Origin: Octopus bimaculoides
Taxonomy: Eukaryota
DNA: 64,000 nucleotides
Reading direction: 5' to 3'
NCBI RefSeq assembly: GCF_001194135.2
Contig: NC_068988.1
Coordinates: 48,016,919 to 48,080,918 of the forward strand
This document shows positions 12,018 through 23,884 of this stretch, one piece after another. Numbering within the stretch: the stretch's first letter is position 1; the number at the start of each line of letters is the position of its first letter. The translations under genes were made by a program, and so were the position numbers. The notes below the pieces were generated by a model. It was given only the letters and a program-made list of their open reading frames with translations. It was not told the DNA's origin and searched no databases.

Positions 12018-12367
12018 TGATTAAGCGATGTAAAGCGTATTTAATCTCCATACCTTCGTTTTATTTGCTTTTTTCATTTTAAATTTGTTTTAACCCTAAC
12101 CCTAAGGTTAGGGTTAGGGTTAGGGTTAATTGTTTCAGAATCGTTTGTTTATGTAGTCGGCACTTAATGTATATCAGCTGAATGGACGTCAGTGATTGGT
12201 TGAAATTACAGAAATACGACAACTTTAACATGGAATAACTTAGGGATCTCTTTTTTTTTAAAGAAGACTAAGAGAAAAAGATGTTTTATATGACACATTC
12301 TACCAGTGTTCCAAGTTTCAAAGTGTTTCGTTAATGAAAAATGTGGCCCCCGTTTTAAAAAAGATCC
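12018..12367. mobile_element. TTAGGG-containing long-TIR non-autonomous DNA element (one arm; remainder lost in gap)
   Basis: 12172-12367 matches the reverse complement of 20420-20617; telomeric repeats at 12091-12129. Confidence 0.75.
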
Positions 12368-12550
12368 AAAAAAAGACCTCCTGTATGCTCTTTTAGAGAC
12401 AATTACTATGCAGAGTACATAAATAAAAAGCTCTTTCAAAATTACAGAGATGTACTTGCATGGCAAATGTTTTGATCTAAGATTATATGCTGAAACTAGA
12501 ACGACTGCAGCATAGAAGACACAAATTAGCCATTCAGAAACACACAAAAG

Positions 12551-12737
12551 CCATTAACTTCACTTTAAACATTTATTTGTATTACAATGTCAAAATCGTC
12601 GTTGCTTGAAACTGTAACCTAGTCACTGACAAAAAGCATGAGTGGCAGTGCACTTTTTGTTAGTAACCAGGTTGCAGTTTTGAGCGGCAAAAATTTTGAC
12701 ACTATAATACAAATAAATGTTTGAGTGAAGTTAAAGG
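12551..12737. mobile_element. Foldback MITE with about 85-bp imperfect inverted arms
   Basis: ccattaacttcactttaaacatttatttgtattacaatgtcaaaat pairs with attttgacactataatacaaataaatgtttgagtgaagttaaagg. Confidence 0.8.
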
Positions 12738-13147
12738 TGTTTGCATGTTTCTGGATGACTGAATTTTGTCTTCCTCACTGCAATAGCTTTTCCAAATTTA
12801 CGATATTTTAATACACTCAGTTACTTGCATATATATTGGTTATTCACTGAAACAACCCTTTTTCTTTCCAGAGTTTATTCCAGAGAAGGGAGTGAGAGAA
12901 GGGGAGAGGGGTGGAGGGGAGGCGAAGGGAGAGCGAGAGAGAGGGGAAAGAGTGAGAGAGAGAGACTGTACATGATTTTTGCAGTGTCTACCACACTAAT
13001 GAGGTTGTTTAGTTGATAGCTTCTGCTACCTAGGTGCCCCAGTCTGTAGTGGGGGTGGATGCTCAGAGAGTGTAGCCACTAGAATAAGAATTACACAATC
13101 CATTTCCTCAGCACAGTATACTCCAAACACATTATCCAATATCGCCT

Positions 13148-13327
13148 GACTGGCACGTAAAAGCACCCACTACACTCTTGGAGTGGTTGGTGTTAGGGAG
13201 GACATCCAGCTGTAGAAACTCTGCCAGATCATATTGGAGTCTGCTGTAGTCATCTGGTTTACCAGTCCTCAGTCAAATCGTCTAACCCATGCTAGCATGG
13301 GAAGCGGGCGTTAAACGATGATGATGA
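13148..13327 (+). mobile_element. SINE family C with (GAT)n tail (RTE-type 3' end)
   Basis: tggcacgtaaaagcacccactacactcttggagtgg...catgctagcatgggaagcgggcgttaaacgatgatgatga; copies at 41.1, 46.2, 56.2 and 56.5 kb. Confidence 0.8.
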
Positions 13328-14344
13328 GGATCTCATTTTTAAAGGTGGCAGGGGATGGTTGAGGAAAACTTGATGGTTATTTCTATTAGCTTAACTAACT
13401 AGAGGCTTTCAACTTCAGTCGGTTCATAACACTGGGAAAGCTGACAGCATTAACAAGTATAGCAATTTAAACAGTGTATGAAGTTTATTGGGAGGTAGTT
13501 TCGGCATCATAATGAGCAAAGTGATTACAAAGATGTCCCTTCACTGGGTTCTTCAAAGCATTCATGTTTCTTGAAGTTCCCAAAGAATGGCAATAACTAA
13601 GATTGCTTAAAACTTTCATGAATAATAGGGAGTGTGAAGACAAATTCCGACAGTGATACAACAAACTACACTGAAACGTAACATCCTGACAATATATATA
13701 CACATATACACATCAATATGTATGTATATACACATTAATATGTGTGTGTACATGTGTGTATGTGTGTGCATGTAAATTCTGATGAATTCTGAAATAATAT
13801 GCAACAATACTGCTAGCTGTAGGCGATTTCATATTTTAATAAGATGCATTGAAAGTTTTTGATATATAGGAGAGAAAATGTTTATGTATCTACATAATAT
13901 TATACACAGATATATGGGTGAATAGGTACATAGATACATAAATGTGCGTGTGTGTGTTATACATCTACACAGGTACATATACCTGCATCCATTCACCTAG
14001 CCATCTACCCATACATAGATACATAGTGAGATATTACATAAATCTGTTGTTTAACTTATTAGCTTGAAATATATACATATACATACCTCACCCATAGAAT
14101 TAAGTATTCTCTCTGTAATTTGTGCACAGCTATTTCTAATATATGTCTGTATGTGCATACATAAAACACGAGAGAGAAGGAGAAGCAGAAGATAGAGCAG
14201 AAGGTGGGAGAGAGTTAAAAGTACCATTCAATAGTAAATACTGTTTCTGAAATATGCAATAAACATCGTCATCATTGTTATTATCCTTATCAACAAGGAA
14301 AAAGTTTTAAATAACAATTACAATTATGAGCCAATAAGAGACTC

Positions 14345-14510
14345 ACCAAGTGGTCATACAATCAGCAAGAAATAGTTGTTAAATTACCCTCAATCACATA
14401 TTATAAAATGTGATCTTAGATTCTCAGCACATGAGTAAAAGGTGGGATTATCCAGCTTGGAATATCTTTGGTCACAGGTCAGCCTGACCAGGTGGAAACA
14501 ATGGAAAAGG
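14345..14510. mobile_element. Interspersed repeat family E, degenerate
   Basis: cagcaagaaatagttgttaaattaccctcaatcac...aatatctttggtcacaggtcagcctgacc. Confidence 0.45.
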
Positions 14511-14679
14511 TCAAGGAATTATGGTTTGACAACCAATAGAGTTGAAGACACCCAAGGAAGCTCCACAGTTGGCCTGGAAGTAGTGGACATGAATTCTAGA
14601 GGGTAAAGTACTCACAGAGTGGTCTCTGTGGAGAAAACTAATAGCTTAGAAGACAGGAGAATATAAAAACCACATCTAG

Positions 14680-15660
14680 AGTGGATGATAATGATGGAAG
14701 TATAACTATTAGTTGTGATTGTGCAAGGCACAGAGTCTGTCCACTTAGTTGTGATTGTAAACATAAAAATATTGTATACAGATGTATGATTACCTCAGTG
14801 AAAAGAGAATATTTCTATATAGGAGCTAGCTCATGTTATATTAAGCAGAGAATTGTCAAACATTTAAGTTCATTTAGAAATAGGGACAAAATGAAAACTA
14901 CCAGATTTAGTAAGCTACTTTGGGCACTTAAAGGCAGTAACAAAGTATTTTTGATTGCTTGAGAAATTATTAGTAAGGCAAAACCTTATAGAATAGGCAA
15001 TAAAGGATGTAACTTTTTTGAGGAGAAAATGTACCAAATTTTCTTTTCTAAATATACTATTATAAATGCTAAACAGGATTAGGCTATGAGATGTCCACAT
15101 TGGATTAAGTATAGGTTTAAACGATTTAAAGAAACATAAATTACCAGCTATAGTAATTATACTAGTTAACATACTGATTGTGATAATTAATGATCTTTTT
15201 GCAAATAATGCTAAAATAATTTTAGTAATAATAACAATAATAATATTAATTGAGAGTATAAACCCAAGCATAAGTGAATTACCTGTGAATGAATAATGTA
15301 CTCCATACAGTAACATGTAAACAAAACTGCTACAATTGATTGTAATATGAATGAACATTTTATAAACCCCAATTCAACTGTAATACCAGTAGAGGTTATA
15401 ATAAGGCCAAGATTCAATTTGATTTAAAAAGTAACGCTATAACCTTCAACTGAATACCAACGCAGGAAGTTTGCTTGAATTAGTTCACTTTGAAAATAAG
15501 TGATGGACCCTTGATGAAATTGCAGTGACTAGGATGCATAATTGCATACGGAGCAATGTGTAGATGCTGCAGTTGAAACATATGTTGGTCATTGATATGT
15601 ATACGGTGTAGAAAACTTTTTTTAATAAAATGTTTTGGATGTGAATAAATCTCCACTCTC
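14680..15660 (+). mobile_element. 5'-truncated Penelope-like element: GIY-YIG endonuclease C-terminus plus 3' pseudo-LTR
   Basis: CDCARHRVCPLSCDCKHKNIVYRC...YIGASS...KQRIVKHLSSF...SKLLWALK...IA*EIISKAKPY...GCNF..EK...RCPHWIKYRF matches the cysteine-rich linker and GIY-YIG pattern of PLEs. In-frame stops present; AATAAA at 15624. Confidence 0.85.
15506..15590 (+). ncRNA. Degenerate type I hammerhead ribozyme in the PLE pseudo-LTR
   Basis: gacc-cTtGATGA-aattgcag...ctgcagtt-GAAAC-atat-GTT-ggtc: stems I and II, palindromic stem III, one extra U in the core. Confidence 0.6.
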
Positions 15661-15712
15661 CTCTTCATCTTCAATTATATACACATGCACACATACATAT
15701 GTGTGTATGCAT

Positions 15713-15715
<3 letters not shown>

Positions 15716-15780
<65 letters not shown>

Positions 15781-15860
15781 TAGATAGATAGATATATATA
15801 TACACACACACATATATATAAATGCATATAAATGTATATGTGTGTGTGTGTATGCATGTA
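15716..15860. repeat. (TA)n/(TAGA)n/(TG)n compound microsatellite
   Basis: Direct reading. Confidence 0.95.
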
Positions 15861-15932
15861 TACATATGTATATAATCATCATCATCATCATCATCATTTC
15901 AAAGTTCATTCTTTTTTACTCGTATTCATCAG

Positions 15933-16002
15933 ATGGTATTTGCTGAAGCAGATTTTCTATTGCTGCATGCTCTCCCTGTTGCCAACCTTCATCTGTTTCC
16001 AA
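15933..16002 (+). CDS. Candidate exon MVFAEADFLLLHALPVANLHLFP (phase 0 to 1), unidentified
   Basis: Acceptor cttttttactcgtattcatcag, donor gtaagg; phase-compatible with 9555-9636. Confidence 0.25.
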
Positions 16003-17044
16003 GTAAGGTTATATCACTTTATAGCCAGACACATTTTGACTGTGACACTTCTTGTTTACATTTATCCATATTCTAATACCGGTTTCTTGACTCTTCAGCA
16101 GCAGAATGTTTCACTTATAAGTGAAAAGTTTTCTGTTAGCAAGAGGCTGCCCACATCTCGCTTAAAGATAAATAAACTGTAGCATGTGGAGATGAATGCA
16201 ACTTGCTCAGAGATACAATACAAAGGCTATGGTAAAGCCGGAACTCATTACTTTGTGCTTTCTTCGATATGATACAACTCATACTAAACATTTTACCATG
16301 TAATGCCTCTTTTAACAGATTAGCTACCTACCCAGACAGAAGAGGTAACCTATCTCTCCTCTGTTTACTTCTAGATATACTAGAAATTTGCCATGGAATT
16401 TTGAGATTCTTGTAATTTTTCAACAAGTTTAACTTCATATTTTTGTTAAATCCCTTTCACAAAATCTTGATATGCAAAAACTGAAACTCTAAGCGCAAAG
16501 AATGATATATATATGCTAATCCAGAGGAAATTAAAGAAAAAAAAAAGATAGAGAGCATTTTTTTCCCCCTTAGTTTTACTTTTTTCTTTCTTTCATAAAT
16601 TGTTAGAAAATAGATAAAGAAAATTTTTTTTGTAAAGCTTGAGTAAAAACAAGAATATTTTACAGAGAAATACGTGATATATGTACAGAATGCAAATGAA
16701 CCAAAAGACATGGTGATAATTCTTAGAGAATACACATAAACAGGAGGTGGAAAATATGGATTTGAAAACTTGACAAATACCTGAGAAGCAATCAACAGAT
16801 ATTGGCAAAGAATTGACAACAAAACTGTGAAAATCCAGATTTCAGACAGCCTTCCCACCACAAACACACACACACACACACACACACGTGCATGGATTCT
16901 TGCCAGATGCATAAAACTAAGCAGAAAAGTTTAAGATTGAAGAAAACTATCTGGTTCCACGTTCAGTCCCACTGAATGGCACTTTGGGCAAGTGTCTTTT
17001 ATTGGAGTCTAAGATTGATCGATGCATTTTGAATGTAATTTAAC

Positions 17045-17440
17045 ACTACAGGTAAATCATGGAGGCCCTATGGAAGCCATCAAGTTCCCTCATCACTGCT
17101 TCCTTCGTTTTCAAAATGACTATGTCTGAGGTTCTCCTGCAGCTTAGGGAAATAACAAAAGTCATAGGTGATGAGGAGTCTGGACTGTAGGGAGAATGAG
17201 GGACAGTTTCGATGCCCATTTTTGATAAGTATTTGGTTACTAGGATTCTCATTACTGAGCATCATGAGAACAAACTTGATACAAATTCTGCACATATTTC
17301 AGATTTGCATGACTAATTCCGTGCTTACCAAATCCAAACTGTATTCTTATTGTCATTATAGATACACGATATCCTTCATCTGGAAAATTGTGAATTTTTT
17401 CAACTGGCTCTGATTTTCTGACAAGTTATATTCTCGGTTT
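17045..17440 (-). mobile_element. Internally deleted mariner-like transposase remnant
   Basis: MCRICIKFVLMMLS (WVPHEL-equivalent region) is fused to VTKYLSKMGIETVPHSPYSPD...DF..FPKLQENL (HPPYSPDLAP.DF motif), followed by KEAV. Confidence 0.8.
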
Positions 17441-17689
17441 TATTTGAAGATTTATAAAAAAGTACCTTGAGTTCCAAATACTTGTTATTTATCATGCGAT
17501 TGAAATCATCAGCATCATACACACACACACAAAGCGTTTTCTATCTAAACTATATTAATGTTATACATTAGGAAAAATAATGCTGTTGTTGGGAATTGAA
17601 CTTCACTTCAGTTACTTACCAACAAAATGTATTAAGCTTTGTACAGCACAGTTTTAAATTTGAACTTCTTTAAGTAAAGACAATGCAGA

Positions 17690-17764
17690 AGTATGGCATG
17701 AGAGTGAGAGAGAGAGATTTGAAAGGTGCATTGAGAGAGGGAGAGCAAGAAATGAAATGTGCTT

Positions 17765-17799
<35 letters not shown>

Positions 17800-18300
17800 G
17801 GGGGAGGGCTAAAAGTGCACAGAGAGAGGGAGTGCAAAATGAAAGGCACATGGAGAGGAGAGAGAGAGAGAGAGAAAATTGAAAGATGCATTGAGAGAGA
17901 AGAAAGAGAGAGAGAAAGAGAGAGAGAAATGAAAGTGCACTGAGAGAGAAAGAGAGAGCGAGAGAGAGATCACAAATATTCAGGGAGAGAGAGTCTATTT
18001 TTATTTCTTTGAGAAGGCAAAATAGAAACAGTAAAGCAACTGAGAAAAGAAAAGTAGCCAAAATATAGACAGAGAGAGAATAGGGATAGATAGAAGGAAC
18101 CACTGAAGAAAAGAGAGAGAGAGAGAGAGAGAGACAAAGAGAGACAGACAGACAGAGATAGATGGGGAGCGAGCTACATAGGAACAGTAAATAAAGAGTA
18201 AAAGAGAGAAAAAAAATGGTTGAATGAGAATGAAAAGTAAAGAAAGCAAAAAATAAAAATACGAATAAATAAGTAAATAAGAAGATAAAGTCATAGATTA
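17690..18300. repeat. AG-rich low-complexity / (AG)n region
   Basis: Direct reading. Confidence 0.9.
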
Positions 18301-18949
18301 GACAGATTAACAGAACGAAATAAAAGAGATATTGGATTGAGTCGGTGTCCTAAACCTTGCCAGAAACAAATTGCCGAACATAAAACTGAGTAAAACCATC
18401 ACAGATAAAATAGTAATCTTCGAAAAGTTCACTTCTGTACCTTTACATGTCTCTACTGAACAAAATGGCCGAAGTTACAACATAAGAACTGTATGCTCCA
18501 GTTCCCTCTGGTGAAGCATAAAAGTACTATAAAAACATGCAGGAACTTGTTATCTTTTGACCGGTAGCTAAATACCATTTTATTTTCCTAACATTTGCGT
18601 TGGAAATGATTGAATAAAGATGCGGATCACTTTCCTTGTGTTTATAATACGATAAGGTCTTAGCATTTTATTTTGTTTTCTTTTTATGTGGATGTTTTAT
18701 ATTTATTCGTTTATTTTATTTATTTTCTCCCAGTTAAGGAATGACAGCCATCAGTATTTCTGAGTTTAGTCTGGCTAATGACATCACGGCACCGATGCAG
18801 TGCATATTTTGGTCCTGGCTAATTTAATGAACAAACAAGAAACTACAGATTAGATTTTTTTGACTGGAGTCGTAAATATATCATGTAATCTACGTTGATA
18901 GTCTTTAACGGGTGGGTGGGGGGAAGTATTAGTGAACACTGACTGATCA

Positions 18950-19320
18950 TGCTGGTGGTTATGGAGGTGGTGATGGTGGAGATGTTACTGGTGTTGAGTG
19001 ATGGTGGTTGTGGTGGTGACGTTGGAGGCGTTGGTACTGATGTTGATGGTGGAGATGTTATTGTTGAAATTGATGGCGGCAGTGATGTTAGTGGCATTGA
19101 TAATGATAGTGATGTTGTTGTTGTTGTTGTTGGTGGTGGTGGTAGTGGTGGTGGTGGAATCATGAGAGCAATGTTATTACAGAGAGTTATGGTTGCGATG
19201 GTAGTAGTAAGAATAGTCGTGGAGAAGGTGAAGGTTTATGTTAGTGGTGTTGATGGCATGGGGCTGATGAAGGAATTGGTGGCTATCGGAATGTAGGGAG
19301 TGATGAATAAAGGTGGTAGT
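18950..19320. repeat. (GGT/GAT/GTT)n degenerate trinucleotide tract
   Basis: Direct reading. Confidence 0.85.
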
Positions 19321-20419
19321 ATAGTGCTCTGATTGATAATCTACACCAGGATTGTTACCTCATTTGGGTAGCCCTCTTTGCTAGTGGTGACATTATTGGG
19401 GCAAAGATGGTGGTAGCAGTTGTGTTAGATGAGTGGCACAGTAACTAATACTAGCCGTGATGGCTGCACTGTCAGTGATAATACTGCAGTTTGTGATAAA
19501 ATGGTTGCATTATTACTAATGGTGAAGGCACACTTATACATGTGTACCCCACCCCACCAACTTTGTTACTTTATAATTTTCAGAAAATGGATGCATTTCA
19601 ATGAAATTTTCTACAAATTCTTTTCAGACCACGTAGATTACGATTATATTGGAATTTAATGTGAAAAAATAGAAAAGAAAATGGTAGGCATGCAGACATA
19701 CATAATGACACATCACATATATACAGTATATATATCTACAAAATAAAACTCAAGAATTTTGGAAAAATTATGTGATGGATACATACCTTTTTTTATTAGT
19801 TATTTATTTTCACATTAGATTCAAATTTAATCATATTCTACATACCTGAAAGGATTTTCATTAGAAAAATGTCCATTTTTCTAAAAGTTATATGGCATAT
19901 TGCTTAGATGGCACTTGATGTGTTGGAATGATGATGACTGTGTTCTGTCCCATTAATAAACCACAGTCATCATTGTTTAATTAACATTTACACCCACCTC
20001 ACGCAGGCAAAGAGAAATAACGAATCCATGAATACATAAGTAGATATATATATATATTAAATACATATACTTGCAGAAATATGTGTCATTGACTGGGTTC
20101 AGAAAGACTTTTCAAAAATTATACCTTGATTTATGAAAGTTACTGCTTCGATATTATTGAATGTTTTGTAGTGCAATCTCTGATTGGTCATGAGCAGCTC
20201 TGATTGCAAGCTCTGATTGCCAGGTTTCAGCCCCAAAAGTTATAATATTTTACTAATGAGTCTGCTGATAGTCAGTCTCTTCAGCTCTTTCTCTTTTCCT
20301 ACGGTGAGATTGCTTAGGTAGTCCAAATCTAATTTTTTACAGAGGCATTGTAGTAAGGTGAATTAATCTATAAGACAGGGGACTTAATTCACGTTAGCAA
20401 ACTTATGGATTTCACAAAC

Positions 20420-21054
20420 GGGATCTTATTCAAAACGGGGGCACCAGTATTTTCTTAACGAAACACTTTGAAACTTGGGACACTGGTAGAATGTGTCATA
20501 TAAAACATATTTTACTCTTAGTCTTCTTAACAAAAAAACCTACATCGCAAGTTATTTCATGTTAAAGTTGTCGTATTTCTGTAATTTCAACCAATCACTG
20601 ACGTCTATTCAGCTGAATAGAGTTACTGCTGCCCGGTCATAAAAATGTTATTCCCTGTGACATATTTCATCCGGTTTAATCGTAATTTATACGCATATAT
20701 TGTTTATATATTAAATTACGCTGTGCGTATCTATGTGTGTAACAATTTTAGAGTTCGGATTCTAGAGTTAGGGTTAGGGTTAGGGTTAACAGTCTAGTTA
20801 GGGTTAGGGCTAGGGGATTAATACGATATACACCGTTACAGCGCTAACTGTTTTCAACTGAATAGACGTCAGTGATTAGTAGAAATTATCGAAATAAGAC
20901 AATTTTTTACATGAAATAATTTCGAATACAAAAATTTTTTTTCTGTTCTATAACACAAAATAGATAAGTATACGAAGTTTGAAAGTCTTTCGGTACCAAA
21001 AACACTACATAAAACATAAATGAAAACTGGTTCCCCCGTTTTGAACAAGATCAC
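20420..21054. mobile_element. Complete TTAGGG-containing TIR element (about 635 bp, about 200-bp imperfect TIRs)
   Basis: Left end gggatcttattcaaaacgggggcaccag; right end reverse complement gtgatcttgttcaaaacgggggaaccag. Inner arm ends pair (aatcactgacgtctattcag / ctgaatagacgtcagtgatt). TTAGGG runs at 20767-20815. Confidence 0.8.
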
Positions 21055-22711
21055 ACCAACGTGCAAATTGGTGAAAGTTATGGAAAAATAAGTTGACAAA
21101 AGCACAGCCCTGCTCATGACCAATGTCCTAAAATTGGAGCGACATGCTTACTAATCTGTGGACATGCATAAATTACATTCATGTACACCCACACACACAT
21201 ATCCTGCCTTTTATAGATATAGATATATGTATGTATATTTTGGCAATGCAATACTGCTACTAATACGACTACTAATAATATTACTACACATACTACTACT
21301 GCTACCTCTACTAAGTACCACTCTCTCAATTGCTACCACCCTATTGTAACCTGCCTTTATCTTTTCTACTTAAACATCCCAATCTTTCCCTTACTTTCTC
21401 CATACAATAGCCATTCTTCAAATGCTCTGTTTATTATTTCCAGCAATGGCTCTGACAAAGGTATCATTAATTTTCTTCGGTCTTTCGATTTACTTCAATT
21501 GNNNNNNNNNNNNNNNNNNNNNNNNNNNNNNNNNNNNNNNNNNNNNNNNNNNNNNNNNNNNNNNNNNNNNNNNNNNNNNNNNNNNNNNNNNNNNNNNNNN
21601 NNNNNNNNNNNNNNNNNNNNNNNNNNNNNNNNNNNNNNNNNNNNNNNNNNNNNNNNNNNNNNNNNNNNNNNNNNNNNNNNNNNNNNNNNNNNNNNNNNNN
21701 NNNNNNNNNNNNNNNNNNNNNNNNNNNNNNNNNNNNNNNNNNNNNNNNNNNNNNNNNNNNNNNNNNNNNNNNNNNNNNNNNNNNNNNNNNNNNNNNNNNN
21801 NNNNNNNNNNNNNNNNNNNNNNNNNNNNNNNNNNNNNNNNNNNNNNNNNNNNNNNNNNNNNNNNNNNNNNNNNNNNNNNNNNNNNNNNNNNNNNNNNNNN
21901 NNNNNNNNNNNNNNNNNNNNNNNNNNNNNNNNNNNNNNNNNNNNNNNNNNNNNNNNNNNNNNNNNNNNNNNNNNNNNNNNNNNNNNNNNNNNNNNNNNNN
22001 NNNNNNNNNNNNNNNNNNNNNNNNNNNNNNNNNNNNNNNNNNNNNNNNNNAATACCTTGTGAAATCATCTTATTTAGATGACAATTGTTAAAAATCACAG
22101 ACCATATCAGCTGATGAAATTGTTGTTTGCACCAATGGATAGCACTACTGCGTCATGTTATTTCCCCATAAAATGAGGATCATCAGCAGTAGCTAGCCAA
22201 ACACCAAATGCCAGATCAAAATTAAGTTAAATCAATATGGTATTGAGCCATCGAGCTGTGAATAAATTAGCTATTACTGATAGAAGCAGATTTTGACATG
22301 AATATTAATTAACACATATGATGATGGGGAGGGAAGGAGGAGGAGGGGAGGAGGAGGAGAGGAGGACGAGGACGACGTCGACGACGTCGACCATAAAAAT
22401 GAATGTTATTCAAACAACATTGGATTTGGATTTGTTACGGGACAACATGCAGCCTAAAATCATCCCAAGGTAACAAAACCCAATTAACCAAAATAGCCAC
22501 TATGGTAACCTGCAATGTTCTGCCAGCACAATGTTGGTGACCCAATGTTAGAAAGTGCAGCCAAACCAACAATCTTCCACATTGGTAACCTGGATGTTTA
22601 AACAAGTCATATCAACAATGATAACTTTCAGAGACGGAGAAATGGTTCTGATTAATTTGCGGGAACAGAATGCAGCTGAATTCAGTTTAACAAAGCTTTC
22701 ATCATCCTTAC

Positions 22712-22764
22712 CTCTCAGTCTTATCATAATTCAATGTGTCTTGTCCTAAATGGTAGTGTATGAT
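22712..22764 (-). CDS. Candidate exon IIHYHLGQDTLNYDKTE, unidentified
   Basis: Acceptor ctgaatctctctcag, donor GAG|gtaagg, a single open frame. Confidence 0.25.
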
Positions 22765-23689
22765 CTGAGAGAGATTCAGTTACTATTTGTAGCAAGTCAA
22801 ATGCTAATGAAACGACAACCTCATTGTTTTGGCAATTGCAATGAATGTAGAAATTGCATTCTAACAATGGTTTTATAATCGATGTGGGTAACTGTGTATG
22901 CAGTATCTCCCAGCAAAGAGTAGCATGTGCTATGGGCCCATAATTTTCGGGGGCATCATGCTAAATGCTTTATTACTATTTTAGTGTTATACTGTTATAC
23001 TGCTGTCAAAATTTATGAATGACTGGGTGCTTAAATTTGATCAAATACTCAAATACTTTGGGGACCCAATACACATTAAAATAAATTCTTAAAAGCTATG
23101 AATTCTGATTCACTGATTCTGCAATTGCTTTATTACCATAGTACTATATTACCGTCAACTTTTATGAGCAACTTGGTACTTAAGGTTGATTCAATATTCG
23201 GAACACTTCCAAGATCCAATGCATTTTGAATCTAACAAATTACAATAATCAAATTGAATGGCAACAATAAATAGGAACACTTACTTGATTTTTGTTAGAA
23301 GCTAATTAATAGACTTAAGCATTCAATTCTCTTATTTTGATGCACTGAACTTGTTCAATAATTGAGCTTGATTAATATTTTTCTCATGAATAAGCTCGTT
23401 TGAACGAATCAGATTTTTAACAATATATTATGAACACCATAATGCTAACTGCCTCATCAAATCAATTCAGGATTTTTATGCAGTTTAGAAATGTTTTCTA
23501 GGGAGCAGATTTTTTTTTTATATTTTATGTTGTAAAGCAAGCCTGTAGAGTAAATGTGTTGAAATTGATAGCCATATTTTCAGCATTAGAGCCAACACTC
23601 CAATTTTTTTTTTTTGTTATTGTTTTATCAGGAAATATTTCGGCTGTAAATGTTGGTTTTAAATTTTGGGACATGGTGGCTAGCAATTT

Positions 23690-23865
23690 CTGAGGAGTTG
23701 GTAAGTTATTTATATCAACCTCAGTCCTTAACTGCAACTTATTTTATCAACTACGAAAAGATGAAAGGCACAGTTGACATTGGTGTAATTTGAACTCAGA
23801 GATAAAATATCACTTAGTAATCCCCCCCCCCCCCGGCATGCTAACGATTCTGTCAATTCACCACC
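23690..23865 (-). mobile_element. SINE family B
   Basis: gaaaagatgaaaggcacagttgacattggtgtaatttgaactcaga...ggcatgctaacgattctgtcaattcacc. Confidence 0.75.
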
Positions 23866-23884
23866 TTTTTATACTATTTTTCTT

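Noticed and set aside
11093-12082. Long ORFs in the track at 11.1, 21.4, 24.8, 26.1, 44.7 and 60.9 kb
   Set aside because: They are open only because they cross N-gaps or simple repeats
20767-20815. True telomere or chromosome-fusion site
   Set aside because: Only a few repeats, embedded in a dispersed TIR element present twice in the window
22368-22392. gacgacgtcgacgacgtcgac palindromic CpG micro-repeat
   Set aside because: Explained as a mutated (GAC)n extension of the adjacent (GAG)n tract
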